DNA of 64,000 nucleotides from NCBI GenBank assembly GCA_037447605.1, contig CM074815.1, forward strand, positions 2,356,001 to 2,420,000. Direction: 5' to 3'. The position numbers and the translations under genes are program-made. Shown here piece after piece: positions 36,020 to 48,907 of the stretch; the stretch's first letter is position 1, and each line of letters opens with the position of its first letter. Source of the stretch: Zygnema circumcarinatum SAG 698-1b (Eukaryota; Plantae; Zygnematophyceae). Under the pieces are notes generated by a model, which worked only from the letters and a program-made list of their open reading frames with translations, searched no databases and had not been told where the DNA came from.

Positions 36020-39000
36020 TCACACGGCGGCAGAAGGAGACGTGACAGACGGTCGGTCTGTGTGCACGCGGACGTAGCCAATTGGAGGACATCGGAAATA
36101 CGTCACTGAAGCATCAGGGTTTCCCAAAAAATCTCGCGCCTGCTGACACAAGCACGCACAAGCAACACGGTATAACTCATTGAAGCAGTTGGACGATATC
36201 AGACAGGTACAGCTCAACTGCAGCACCACTGTTTGAAGGCTTAAAATGCTCATACTTTCCAGTGTTCTTTGAACATTGAACTACAATACCCATAGTATGT
36301 CGGGTTTGAAAAATCAAGAGATGAGGAGGTATATAGAACATGGAGCCTGTACATTTGACGTGCTTCGAGATTTCCCAGCCATTACTTTGCTTGTCTCGAG
36401 GTGCCAAGGGCACTCACAGATGGGTGCCATGTGTGAGGCAATCGCAACTTGAAACACACGCGCAAGGTGTGAATGCGCCCCAAACCCCAGACATTGGCAT
36501 TGCAGCAAGAGGCACGCATCGCACCTTTGCAACCGCATCGATGATTGTGGGAGCCATTTCCCAGCGCAGGATCGCAGGGCCCCTTGTATCCGTGGCCCCC
36601 ACAACAAACACTTTCCCCACCTGCAGCCCCAATTACCGTGTAAGAGGGACCAATACTACCTGCGCCCAGGACGACCTATGCATTCCGGGAGAGATGGCGC
36701 CGCACTGCCTCCTTGTGGACAGGCAATCATAAACAGATCACCGCCCACTTGCTCAAGAACTGATGCCCATTGTTTGGGACCAACGCAATAAAACTAAAGT
36801 GGACAGTTCGCACTATATGAAAGCCTTTGATGTCACAAGAAGCACCCTCGCGCTGACAACCATCGGAAACAGCACTCCATGCACGGCACACGTTTGCAGC
36901 GATAGCCACTCTCTCTGTCAGTCTCCAGCTCGCTGTTCAAGGGACGAGCAGACGCACCTTGTCCATCCCGTGGGCCGCCCATGTGTACATGAAGAACCCG
37001 TGAACTGCCGCAGGCCCCTTCCCCTGTCGATAGATGTCGTTCAGCCGGTCGTTGTTGACAAACTTTTCTTGATACGCCTGACACCACACCTTTCACAGTC
37101 AACAGTGCAGCTTGCCACTATGGAAACAACCCATGCGAGCTCCACTGCTCACACAAAGAAATAGTTTTTAGTTGCCATTCAACTGCTTTGCTCCAGCTGC
37201 TTCTGCAGAGTGCATTTGGGCAGATTTGGGTAACTCATGCGTATCTCCACAGGACATTGCAGGCAGGGCATCGGACCCCGCACCTCAAATTCATCAAGAC
37301 CCGGGGCCACCTTGATGACCTCCTCAAACAGCTCTTTATAACCGTCGTGAGCGGGAGAAGACCACTTGTAATGCATCTCATTTACAATCACCTGTCAGCA
37401 CCTCAGACCTCTCTAACAAATGAGTATGCAAACTGTTGCATTGCATCTCCTGCGTGCAACGACGCCTCTCTGAATCACCAATCCTGTCCACCCTTTGAAG
37501 TCCCCTTTGAAGGTCACAGTAGTCACGCCATACAGGTAGTTTCACACCAATCCATGTCCCATTTCGTTGTCCAATCACAACCCAGCAACAGCTAGTGAGA
37601 CGAGCAGCGGGAGAGCAAACAGTGAGCGCACCACACAGCCGCCCTCTCGCAGCAGCGGAACGCCGTCCACGTACCTGCGGGGGCACCTCGCCGCTATTAT
37701 GTTGTGCGACATCAATGGCAGACGGCCATGAATAGAGATTGCGGAAAGAAAAAGGGGGTAAATGAGGTGGCTGCACTCACATATTGTAGTAATAACCTAG
37801 TGAGTATGTATTCACCTGTACGTCCACGCCCCCTTCTGTCAGCAGTGCAATCAGGAAATCACTGTTTGCTAAGTCATTAACACACCTCGGGAGTGAATCG
37901 GGCCGGGACTCTGAGCAGACTCATTTTCCCGTTTCATTTTACGGACCGGTGTGGATGACGGATGGGTTTCTTTGAAGCTAAAAAGCAAGAGAACACGACT
38001 TCAATCGAGGACCCTGCAAAATTGGCAATGGAGGAGGCAGGGAGGGCTGGGAACCCATCCTCAGCAAACATGTGCAAACTATGCTGTGTATGGCAAATGG
38101 TTCCGTGATGTGATGAATACGAATTTCCGGTTTGAAAGGCATTACAACGAAGCGTCTCTTTTTTATGGTACCATTTTTTATGAGCTGCAGTTTTCTGAAC
38201 AAGCTTCATGAATTGTGATAGTAAGACTAGAAAGAAAATTTAGTCAATTTCAGATGTTTTGGAAATGACTGTGAGTAATGCAAGAGTAGCTATGTGGAGC
38301 AGGAGCTATTGGTTGGTCAAAAGCTCCTCTTCGAACTGCTCTGCTGCAAGAAGAAGTAACAGACGCTGCTGTAAGACGACTGATTTATGATCTTCTTCCT
38401 GTTCCTCTACTGTTTCACCTTTCTTTTCTCAACAAGTTTTTCGACATCATGCCCCCAGCACCTCCAAAGAGCCCAATTTTTCCCCCTTGGTCTGTTCGTG
38501 GGATGCCACAATCATCACCGGAGTAGCGCAAGACAGCAAGCATCGGCTCATGAATAATTGCTATGGCTGCTTCACAAGCATCTGTAGACGCTATGGAAGA
38601 AGAGCAACGATCCAGTAATGCAGAATGTTGAACAATTGGTCTCACTAAACGACACATGCTCCGTGACATCTTGAGGGATAACCTGGCAGGTGGTGCCCAC
38701 CAGTAAGGGGTTAAGGTAGCAGTCTTTGGTGTATGGCCCCAAGCAGGAGGGCCCCATGATTAAGATGTCAGCCTGCATGGCCATCACTCCCATCTCAAGG
38801 GCAGTCTTTTAGAACCAAGACGGCGTTTTCGGCAGATGTGATGCAGGAGCGACTACAGCGGTCCCCGACATAACTCATCATCTTCACACAACCTCCGAAC
38901 AACCACTTGAAAGATAAGAAACGTGCAGGTAACGTTCTGAAAACAATTCTGGAAACACAAAGAAAATGAAGATAGAGCTCTCGTTCCCTCCTCCCATGTC

Positions 39001-42000
39001 CATTCCCAGCAGTGAGTAGATGGCTGCGTGCACTGCGGTTGGTTCAGCCAGCCCTGCTCCCCCACCTGGCCATGCACGTCGATTATTTTGTCGCGGTAGT
39101 TGCATGCCAATGTGCGCTCGTGCACCGCCTGCGTCTCCCCCGCCGTGACTTGAAGGAGGCCGAAGGGCGCGCGGGTGAACCAGAAAACGCGCATTCGCAG
39201 CCAAAGGGGGAGAATCTGCCGCGACTCACACACCGCAGCCCACATTAGTTTGGCACAATCCACTGAAGGCACTTGAGAATGAAACACCGTTTGCCAGAAA
39301 AAGACATGTCATTATCCTGCCATTTTTCATATGGTCGACAGCTTTACGAGAGAAAGCCGGACTTTCCGAAACTCGATCTCTGCCATGCAATGCCCAATCA
39401 CGGGAGCGTTAGAGAAACTACTCCTACGCCAGCTGTGAAAGCCGTAAAACAATCATGATGAAGGATATTAGTTAAGGGTAGAATCCAAAGCGCAACTATG
39501 AGACTGGTCGTACGCTCTGGTGCTTTATTGTATGTCGAGACAAACTGTGATAATGAATCGAATTCGAGGACACTAGTATGGTTTGATTCATGATGCAGAA
39601 CGCCTTGAGCTGTCAAATATCCTTCGTTATGGATATACATCATGACGTCAGCTTCAAGGTCCTTCATGAGTAAGAAAGAAGTTATGAACTAGTTTGAGAA
39701 AACCAATGCAGTGGCTAAACGGGCATCAGAAGGTACTGAATTGGCATTCATCTCCCGATGGCGATGCCATCAAATGTACATGGACAAAGGCAAAATGTAG
39801 AACGGAGGTGAACTGGTCACAAATGACCTAGGAACGAAAGAAAAGCTATGAGCGGAGCTCTGCTTCCAGTCCTAACAACGCGGCTCTAGAAGCAGCCGCG
39901 AGCATCGGAGGCATCAGAAGAGACAGAAGTTCTACTCTTGAGAAATGGATGTACTTGCTATCTTCAAGTTTCAGATACTTCCAGATCTAACGTATGACAA
40001 ATATGTATACATCAAGCTGAAAGTTATGGTATGTCGACATTACCAGGCCAGTTGCACTTGCAAAGTGCCAAGCTCTAAAACTGGAGACTTTAAGTCAAAC
40101 CTCAAACCTAGTTAACCTTTGTTTACAACTTGCTTCAATCACAACGAAGAATACATGATTTGATGGAATGCGAAAGATAGGTATGGTTCTTACCCAGACG
40201 TTCCACAAAATCTTCTTCTCAAACATTCACTCTCTAAAGTGGCCGATCCTCAAGCACCATTGTTGCTCATACAACTATGAGCACGTGTCTACGAGCACAA
40301 CCATCCTAACGCAGCAGCGAGATCGGGGAGAGATTCTGAAATCTCGGTCCACTTCCATGGGTGTGGAGGCAAAGTTCGCACCTTGAGTCCGAACACAGTG
40401 AGGTACATCAGGATCTTCTGGATGAGGCTCATTTGGCGCACAAGGGTGAGGACAAAGTCAATATAGAACGGGAACAGCTGCATGAACAAGTGCCAAGCGG
40501 TATGGCATTAACGGAAAATGTCCAGCCAAGCCTCACGAATTGCACCAAGGAAGGTAGAAAGGCATTTTCCAACTCTTGCCAAGCTGGAGCCCCTTCTCCC
40601 AAAACAAGTAACATACAACATACTAGGTATGGACTGGACACCCTTTTACTGGACTCTCTCCTCTCGGTGGCTCTCCTAGAAAATCAGCATTTAGTTCTCA
40701 AAAGTCAAAGACAATCAGTACATTCCAGAAAGGTAGAGCCAGTATTCTCGTTCAATGCATAGACAATTGTGGAAGCTCCACCGTATGATGAGAGCACTCT
40801 TATCATCCAACCATTTATGCTATGGAACGGCAAATTGATGGACAGAAACCCAGTGAATCATTCCTATAGAAAAGGAGTATTCTAAGTTTTAACTCGCGAC
40901 TTACACGGTGTCTGTACACCGAATTTGATAACTTCTTGTTCACCTAGCAGGGCGTTAATGTAGAGGGAGAAATAATCCAAAGAGTCAACAGAAATACCAT
41001 CACTTAATAAATAGTTTTTGTGGCTTCGACAGACATAGGCAGTATTTGCACTTCTTTAATATTTTCAATGGGCAGGCTTAGAAAGACTCCCACGAGAATT
41101 CTGTTCATGTGTTGCGTTCATCCTTAAGTCTGCTCACAAAGCAGCTTCCTAAATGCAAACGGCCTTCTGTTTCATAAGGGGCTGAGTTCTAGCATTTTGC
41201 TTGTACAACGTTACATCATGATGACAGTATGATTCCTCCTGAGGAAAAGTGCTAAAGAAAGGCCTATGCTTTTATTCTTTGAGGGAGGGAGGGAGGGAGA
41301 AGGGAGGGGAAATTTCCAAGTCTGAGGAGAACAAGAAGAGGAGTCCGCACCTGGTCGTCCAGGACAGTCTCCACATGGAACACCTCCGTGCGCTTCTGCA
41401 TGATGCGGCCGATGCGGTTGAAGGAGCGATGCATTGCGCTGTTGGGCGGGTCGTACAGCGACCGCGTGCGTCGCAGCGTCTGCGAGTCGTGGTTGTGCCG
41501 CAGCGAGTTGTAGTGGACCTGCCACCCCCTTGTTCGCTCTAAGAGCTTGAAAACTTTCGAATTCGGCAGAAATGCTAGAAATTCAGGATAGGAGGCTCTA
41601 AGTATCGTTTGCACAACCCAACCAGGTAGTCTTGAAATGGAGGAACTCACCATCCCTGTCGCATACGACTTATAGCCACCGTCCATAGAGACATAGTTTA
41701 CATTTGCATATATTACCAAATCTGCCTCTGCAAATGCCTTATTAATCTGCAAAGCACAACCCAGGATTAGAAGCCAAAGACCTGTAGTGGTGCAGAAGTG
41801 GAAGCCCACTTCTGCAAGCATGACTTTCCTCTTATGCCACTTTTAAGCACTCTCATATTTGTCAGACTGCGTTAGCTTGACAGGCAGCTGACTTCCTTGT
41901 CCTCGGATTAACAGTCATGATCTAAGTCTCAGATACTATGCCAACTCCAGGGTAAATAGTCTCTAACAATTGCAGAGAGGAAGGCCGACTGAGCGATAAG

Positions 42001-44139
42001 AGTCCACCTCCTTAGATCTGCAGGGACCTGACCAATCTATCAGATTAAATGGCCTGACTTGCCAAATCGAAGTGATTCAATGTGGATCCTGGAACTAATG
42101 TTTCCACATCGTCTTCTTAAAGAAGACTTGGGTGTTTGTAAGAGACCTACACGAACATTCCCAAGCACACATAACTATCCGTGAAGGAAGCCACGAAAAA
42201 TGTAGTAGCCATAGAAACGCGTCAGAAAAAAAAGCGAGACTCTAGAACAAACATAAGACCTGAATCCAAGGATTGTAATTCAACTGTCAGTTTTAGGGTT
42301 GCCACTAACCTATTCGAGAAAAGCAAGTAGCCCCGAGTGCAGTCCTCAGCACCAAAAAACTCCCAAAAAAAGGCAAAGCTCCCCCACAAACACCCGCCAA
42401 GCCAAGTCTGCGAGCCCTGTACCTCCACGTCCTCTCCGTGCCGCGTCTGTCCAATGTGAACGCTCTCGTGGCGGTCCACCGCGTTGTAGTTTCGCATCCT
42501 GCAATTGGGCCATGGCAGGGACAGGCCACGGGGCATTTGGCTGACAGATCGACTATTATCCGATGGAAAGGTACAGCGAAAGGACGCTGAAATGGCATCC
42601 TAAGCTGATCATCACGCCCAGAATGGCCTTGGAGCACTACCACTGTGCGAATTGAAGCTTGACAATAGATTTCCAACAAGGCAAACTGAAGCCAACCAAA
42701 GCGACCAAAGCACAAGGAAGTTTATTGCACGGCATTGTATAGCTCTTTATGAAGCAGATAATTAACGAAGAGAAACCACATGATGACAAATGGGGCCTCA
42801 CCTTTGAGGATGGTATTTAGCAAACAGCCGGGGTCCACAAATGTGGCGAAATTCATCGGGACGAATATAGCGATGCAATGCTATTGAACACACAAACTCG
42901 ATATCATCAACACCCTCGTCTACACACATGGCCTCTGCTTGCTCCATTATAAGTCTCCGAATGTCAGGGCTCCTCATCGGAGGCAATGGTATGCTCACAT
43001 CATCAAAAGCAAAAAGGACCTGCGCGCAACTAGGGAACAGCCATTCAGCAAATCACACACGAATAAAATACTACGCTATTGTCAAGTATCCAATGTACTA
43101 ACAACCTCAAGTGCCAGGCGTAGTGAAGAGCATTATTGTATCATCCTACACCTCAGACGACCACAAAGGCCAAGCCATACTTTCGCTTCCTATCGTACTA
43201 TCCAGTCAGAAACCTCGACTTCTATGAACTGGGTGTAAGTGATGGTGATGATAATAAGGACAGAAAACACAAAAGGGAAGGTCCATGGTGTATACGTAAT
43301 AATCAGAAAACAAGGACCTATGAACAGGGGAAACAATACATTAAGGTAATCACTCGCTTCGTTCTCAAGCCCAAACTAAGAGCCTACTCCCCAGCTGTTC
43401 CCGCATCTTCCTCACACAACCGCAAAAATTATTTGCAATTGCTGCTTATCCAGCTCTTGTGTACCACTGGCCTGTGCTTGAGCATGCAGAAAGGAACATG
43501 CCGCTTCGATACCTTAGGCCGCGCTTTTGCCGCCTTGAGTGCTCTAAGCTTTGCCCTCAGCGGCTCGCTCCCGACCGGATGGTCGAGCGCCTCCTTCACC
43601 ATGGCCGCCATCTGCTCCGAAGTGGCGGCTCGTCAGTGCACGCGTCCGCCTTGTCGCTGCTCCATGCCATGGATGGAGGCCATGACGCATTATGGCATTG
43701 GGACAATCAGCCCACATCGATACGAATACATGTGGCTAAAGAGTCCTGAACGAGTTTACGCCTTACCTGGCTCACATTCATATGCAAGTCCTTGTCAGCC
43801 TGAGACAAAACTTCTGCATTTCATTACGGAGAAAACCGCAGCCATTAAATTCAGCCTCTCTATTGCTCTCGGTGTCAACAGGATCTTCAGGGTTTTGAGG
43901 GTTTTTTTAGGGTTTTTGAGGGTTACAGAAGGCTTCAAAGTCTCTGTGTAGGAAGAAAACAGAATGCATCTCCAAAATAATGCACAGAGAGCATGTAGAG
44001 CTCGATGACGTCCCGTGCTTCTTACCTTCGCAGCACCTGTCACTCCATCTTTCCGGGATCCCGCGTAGACCACTCTCGTACCTTCCGGTAATTCCAACAG
44101 CTCCATGGTTTCCCCAGCCTGGAACAGAAATTTCTCTCC
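36020..44139 (-). CDS. LarA/DUF2088 (lactate racemase, nickel-pincer nucleotide family) domain protein, >=15 exons, >=536 aa; 5' exon(s) unresolved
   Basis: Exons 44139-44026, 43611-43513, 43019-42802, 42498-42423, 41746-41651, 41518-41351, 40477-40382, 39215-39066, 38772-38701, 37815-37781, 37674-37632, 37391-37284, 37077-36958, 36620-36525, 36139-36020 splice GT-AG into one 1611-nt frame; motifs ALDHPVGSEPL, FDDVSIPLPPMRSPDIR, SIALHR, MDGGYKS, HNH, LNPLL, PLLREGG. Confidence 0.88.
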
Positions 44140-46112
44140 CTGCCCGATTGCATAATGGCAGGCAAATGGTAAGGAATCTCACCAGAAGCATGAAAACTAA
44201 AAAGAGGTAGTTAGGCTTTTAGGGTAAAACATTCGCTGAAGTATCACTTCAGCTGTCAGATTATTGATTCTGAAGAGCAAAAATCTAACAAACCACGTGC
44301 ACATTGGAGACCAGTAGTTTGGCAAAGGAGGCAAGTTTTCAAGTGGGGCAAAAAAAGGTGATGCAAAGAATGACCTTTTTTGAATAAAAAATTTGCGGTG
44401 GGATTTTGTGAGTTTCCGAGCTGCCCGTCCAATTTCGAGGAGACTCTGGTGTGGCCGAGAGGGCACAAGGGCGCAAAAATCGCCGACTCTTTCTCCTGCG
44501 ATTTTCCCATCTTTAGAACCCAAAAGTCGTACTGAGCAACAGACAGAACAAGGCAGCATTCTAAAAATAGACGAGTCGTTTTCTAATGTTCAGGCAGTCC
44601 TCGATTCTCCATCCTCTTTCCAGCGATCCCCTGACAAGTAGCCTGTACTTCCAATCCAGCTGCGCTACTACACTGTAAAAAATGGGTGTAATTATCGATA
44701 ATCAACAGCAACAGAGACTTAAGGCCCTGCATTTCCATCTGTTAGCAGACCTAATAGCAATCACTCATACCACAAATCTCTCCACAAGAGCAGCTTATTG
44801 TTCGAATCACTACAACGAAATTTTTTGACAATAACCAACTGGTATTTGTTGGGAACCGGCAATGCTCACGGACTGTCAGACCAAGACGTCCCCCGCTTGT
44901 CTCACACACACCAGCTATTTACGCTCTAAAAATGCCTGACTCGCTTCTCCCTGCATTTTTATGTTTTGAACACCCGTCCAGAATTTGCAAGTATGTATTT
45001 CCTAAATCTTACTCGCGTTGTCAACATAACGACAAAACGAAGTAAACTCAATCAACTACTTTCAACAAACTACATGCTTCTGACGGCCGGCTAATGCATT
45101 CAAAATTCGTGTGCTGGGAGCCTTTCATTGGGAACCATCTCCACTCCGCATTTCGATAGGACTGAAAGACGCAACACGGCCATCAGACACTGCATCACCA
45201 AAACTGTTCGATCACGAAACATCTGCCCATATATCGTTGCTTGTCCAAAAAAAAAAAAAAAAAATCATAATGTATTATAGTTATCCAGTTTGCAGCTCAG
45301 CAGCTTTCTTCTAACTGAGGACTTTGACGTCTTAATTTGAAGCTTATAGGCATGATGCCTAACGATTCGCTTGAAAAGAGCACATCTGTTCGTGCCGCTT
45401 GATTAGACTGAACTCGTGGCTGGACGCGTATCATTTCTTATACTGTTTCCCGATGCATCATGCAGTAAAAGGATGAATGCATGGCCTTGTCAAGATGTAC
45501 GTGATAAGAAAATTGCGTTTCCTTAAGCGCGTTCATGCATGGAAATCATTTCCAGCTGGCGTAGAAGGCCGTCGGCTTTCATGTACCGAGAAAAGCCATA
45601 GGGAAACTTAACCACAGGACATTGAAAAAAAGAGAATCCAAAATGTTGCGAAGAAAGTGGAGAACGAGTGCAAAAGCAGGAAAGCTTCGAAGGAAGAGCG
45701 TGCTTCTGCCTGCTCCGCTCCCTCCTGCCCTTCCTTGTAAAGCACAGCAGGAGCGGAGGGCTGCGGGGGTGCGCAGACTGACCGGACGAGGGGAGGCCGC
45801 AGCGCGGCGCACTCTGAGCCGGGTGGCGGCGGCAGGCGGGCGCACACGCGCGGCCCCGCTGCCATCGCCATGGCCATAGCGCTCCTTCCTCCGCAGCTCC
45901 CTCCCTCTCCGCCTCGCCCCGCGTCGCCTCGCCTCCATAGCGTACCGTATATCGTATCGGAGCTGGTGAGATATTCCACACGGCACTCGTAAATATCGGC
46001 GTTCGCGGGTTGCCCTAAAAACTGAAGGCCCACTCCCTGAGTCCCCGCCCCTGTCCTCCTTGACGACATGTACGATACTGTACGGTACTGTGCAGATCGA
46101 CTCGCACGCACG

Positions 46113-46239
46113 CAGTGGTGGACCTACGGTACATATACAAGTTGGGGGGCTTTTTCCTCCCTGAGATTTTGAAAATTCAACTTTTTTTTTTGAAGGAGGG
46201 CCTAGCCCGCCTTGAGCAAACATCTTGGATCCGCCACTG
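46113..46239 (+). mobile_element. hAT-type MITE
   Basis: TIRs CAGTGGTGGA / TCCGCCACTG; 8-bp TSD CACGCACG/CACACACG. Confidence 0.85.
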
Positions 46240-46268
46240 CACACACGGCCGTCCACGTGGCTGCGATA

Positions 46269-46411
46269 CGTTGGCGGATCAGGATTTTTTGCTGAGGGGA
46301 GGCTAAGCCCTCTCCTAGGATAATGTACATAAGATAAAATAAAAAAATCTGAATTTCCAAAATCTGAGGGAGGCTGAGCCCCCCCAACTTGTATATGTAG
46401 GTCCGCCACTG
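46269..46411 (-). mobile_element. hAT-type MITE, same family, inverted
   Basis: TIRs CGTTGGCGGA / TCCGCCACTG; TSD CTGCGATA/CTGCAATA. Confidence 0.85.
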
Positions 46412-47803
46412 CTGCAATAGAAGGAAAGGAAGCACTGGCCCATGTCTGATGGACCCTTGCAACTTAGTTTCTATCGCAACCCAAAAGGCCGTACATCTAG
46501 TTTTGGCTATGACGTGAAACACTCACTCTTGCGAGCGGAGCCATTGGGAGTTGCGTCATTGGTTCCAAAGTAGAGTTCCATAGCCCCGACTTTCAGTTTC
46601 AAGGTGCTTTGCTTGCTTGCTCCCTCTGGCCACGGCGCCAATGCGTTTGCTTTTAATTGAAAATAATTAATCATCCACATGATTGACTTGGACTTCATCG
46701 AATGTCCACAAAACGCTGCGAACTTTCATGAAAGATGAACGAAGTGACTACGTCATAGATTACTTTCAAATGAAACATTACGATGAGGGCGAGTTTCCAT
46801 TCAAATACTGGCATGAGCCATGCAATTACTATGTGACCATGCAATTATTTCTAAGTTGAAGCGTAGCCGAAGCCAATTCGTTAAGGCCATCATCAAGAGC
46901 TATGCTTGACTGCGTGCTTGCTATGCTTGCTATGCTATGCCGCTATTTGGCGGCAAAGCACGTGGCAGTGCGCGAGTGAGGGAGAAGCAGGGCGCGTTGT
47001 CGCACTCGCTCGCTCGCTCGGTCAAAGGCTCGGCGTGACGCGTGATGCGTGAACTGGGTCGAGTCCGTGGACTCGGGGGTGCCGTGGGGGCCGTGGCTGA
47101 CTCCCGCTAAGGCAACCAGTCCGGGCCTGCCGCGTGGCAGTATTGCTGACGCGGGACAACCTGACTGGCTGAATCTTCCCCGGATAACGCGCAGCACGAG
47201 AAGCCACGTGTCGCAAAAGCCAATCGCCGGTCGCCGAACTCGTGCGCACGCACCGCGCCGCCGATAGTCAACGCGACAGTCAACGCGATAGTCCCGTCCC
47301 GTCACAGCGGACACGATTGGCTGCGGGCCGCGGCAGGAGGGTCCGCGTCCACGTGGCGCCGCGCAGGGCCGGGCCGCGGGGATCGCGGGAACGTGCGAGG
47401 CAGAGGCCGTGCGACGGAACATGTCGCATAAGCGGTGGAATGTTCTCTATTTTTTTTTTTTGCGAGGTAGGCTTTCAATCTTGACGAGTTGGGGAGCCAA
47501 ACTTGATGCATTCCAGAATGACATCTTGTGATCACCACAATTGCGTTAGCTATAAAAAGCACTTCATTGTCTGTCAAATCTGATCTGGTTTGGTGAGGCT
47601 ACAGCAGTGATATGTATGCAAGGCTACGATGGACTGCATCATTCAGGTTATAAACCCGTGAAGTTTCCTCCTTGTTATTGGCTACTTCGGCAGCAGCAGC
47701 AGCAGCAGGTCAGGGAGCCGTCTGATGAACGAAGTTGTCCAATCCCATGTGGACCTAACCAACCACCACCTTCTACGGTTCTACCCGAAAGCAATATTTT
47801 ACC

Positions 47804-47932
47804 CAGTGGCGGATGTACATATACTAGTTGAGAGGGCTTAGGCCCTCTGAGAATTCAACTTTTTTATCTTATGTATTATTTGTTGACAAGGGGCTCAACC
47901 CCACCTCAGCAAAAATCCTGGATCCACCACTG
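47804..47932 (+). mobile_element. hAT-type MITE, same family, third copy
   Basis: CAGTGGCGGAT...ATCCACCACTG; decayed TSD ATTTTACC/ATTAGATC. Confidence 0.8.
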
Positions 47933-48907
47933 ATTAGATCGCCGCCCCCCTCGCATCCATCAACCCTTGAAGTGACTCATTTCCATCCCCCCTCCACAAT
48001 ACAGCGCGAATTGTTTTTATTGCTTACGAAACGTGCGTGCACTTTTACACTTTGCAGAGGTCAAACAGTTTGCACTCGTGAAGCTTTTCACGTCCCGTTG
48101 CAAAATACAGCATATAGTTTCAGATGACATGCAACCAGCTACGGCTTACAGGTTTTGCATGTTGAGAAACTATACCAACTGTTGACAGCTCATGTTATAC
48201 GCATCCACTTAACGGGATCCTTTGGAGTTTGCCTACAGTTCCTCTACGCGGCTACGTTATGCTGCATTAGTATGGCAAGGAGAGGCCCTTTGCCTTATTG
48301 CTCGTTTCTCAGCAGTAACCTCCCTACACAGAGGACTCCGGAACTTCTGTGGTGGATACACTGCGATTTTGGATGATAAGAAAAATCTGTACAACTTTGA
48401 GCTTTAAAAAGTCTACGTTTTCCAAGGTGATTTGAAGGATTTAATCCTGAAAAGGTCTGCTGGCTTGACGAAGGTTCACCTCTGGATGCACAAATAGACC
48501 GATCGGCGAAAGCCACTCAATCAACTTCAAAATTAGCAGTCAGCTCATATCGCGTCAGCTTCAGTAGGGACGCCCACAATGCCTCCTTTGCGTTCTTAAG
48601 CCTGGTAGCCGGACCAATCATATTCCAGCTAGGGAATGCTTCATCCAGCGTCCGTCTCTCCACTGAGAATATGAGCTTGAAATTAATTCTGCAATAAAAT
48701 AATTAAGGAGTAATCAGTATTGGAAACCTAACCGAAAACAGGACGTAAGAAGAGCTAAACATTGCTAAAGTTTGGCCAAACGCACGGCAGGCACGACTGA
48801 GAAAAAATCTTCCTGACTTGACCTTCTAGAGACCTGCTAGGCAAGGGCTGATACTCACCGCTAGAAAAAGGTCGTGCATCTCATACCCGCAAAACTGCAG
48901 CACCACT

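Noticed and set aside
48517-48907. Extra coding exons for kinase 2
   Set aside because: The putative intron (~48688-48858) lies after the stop, and splice phases do not give a continuous frame; probably 3' UTR.
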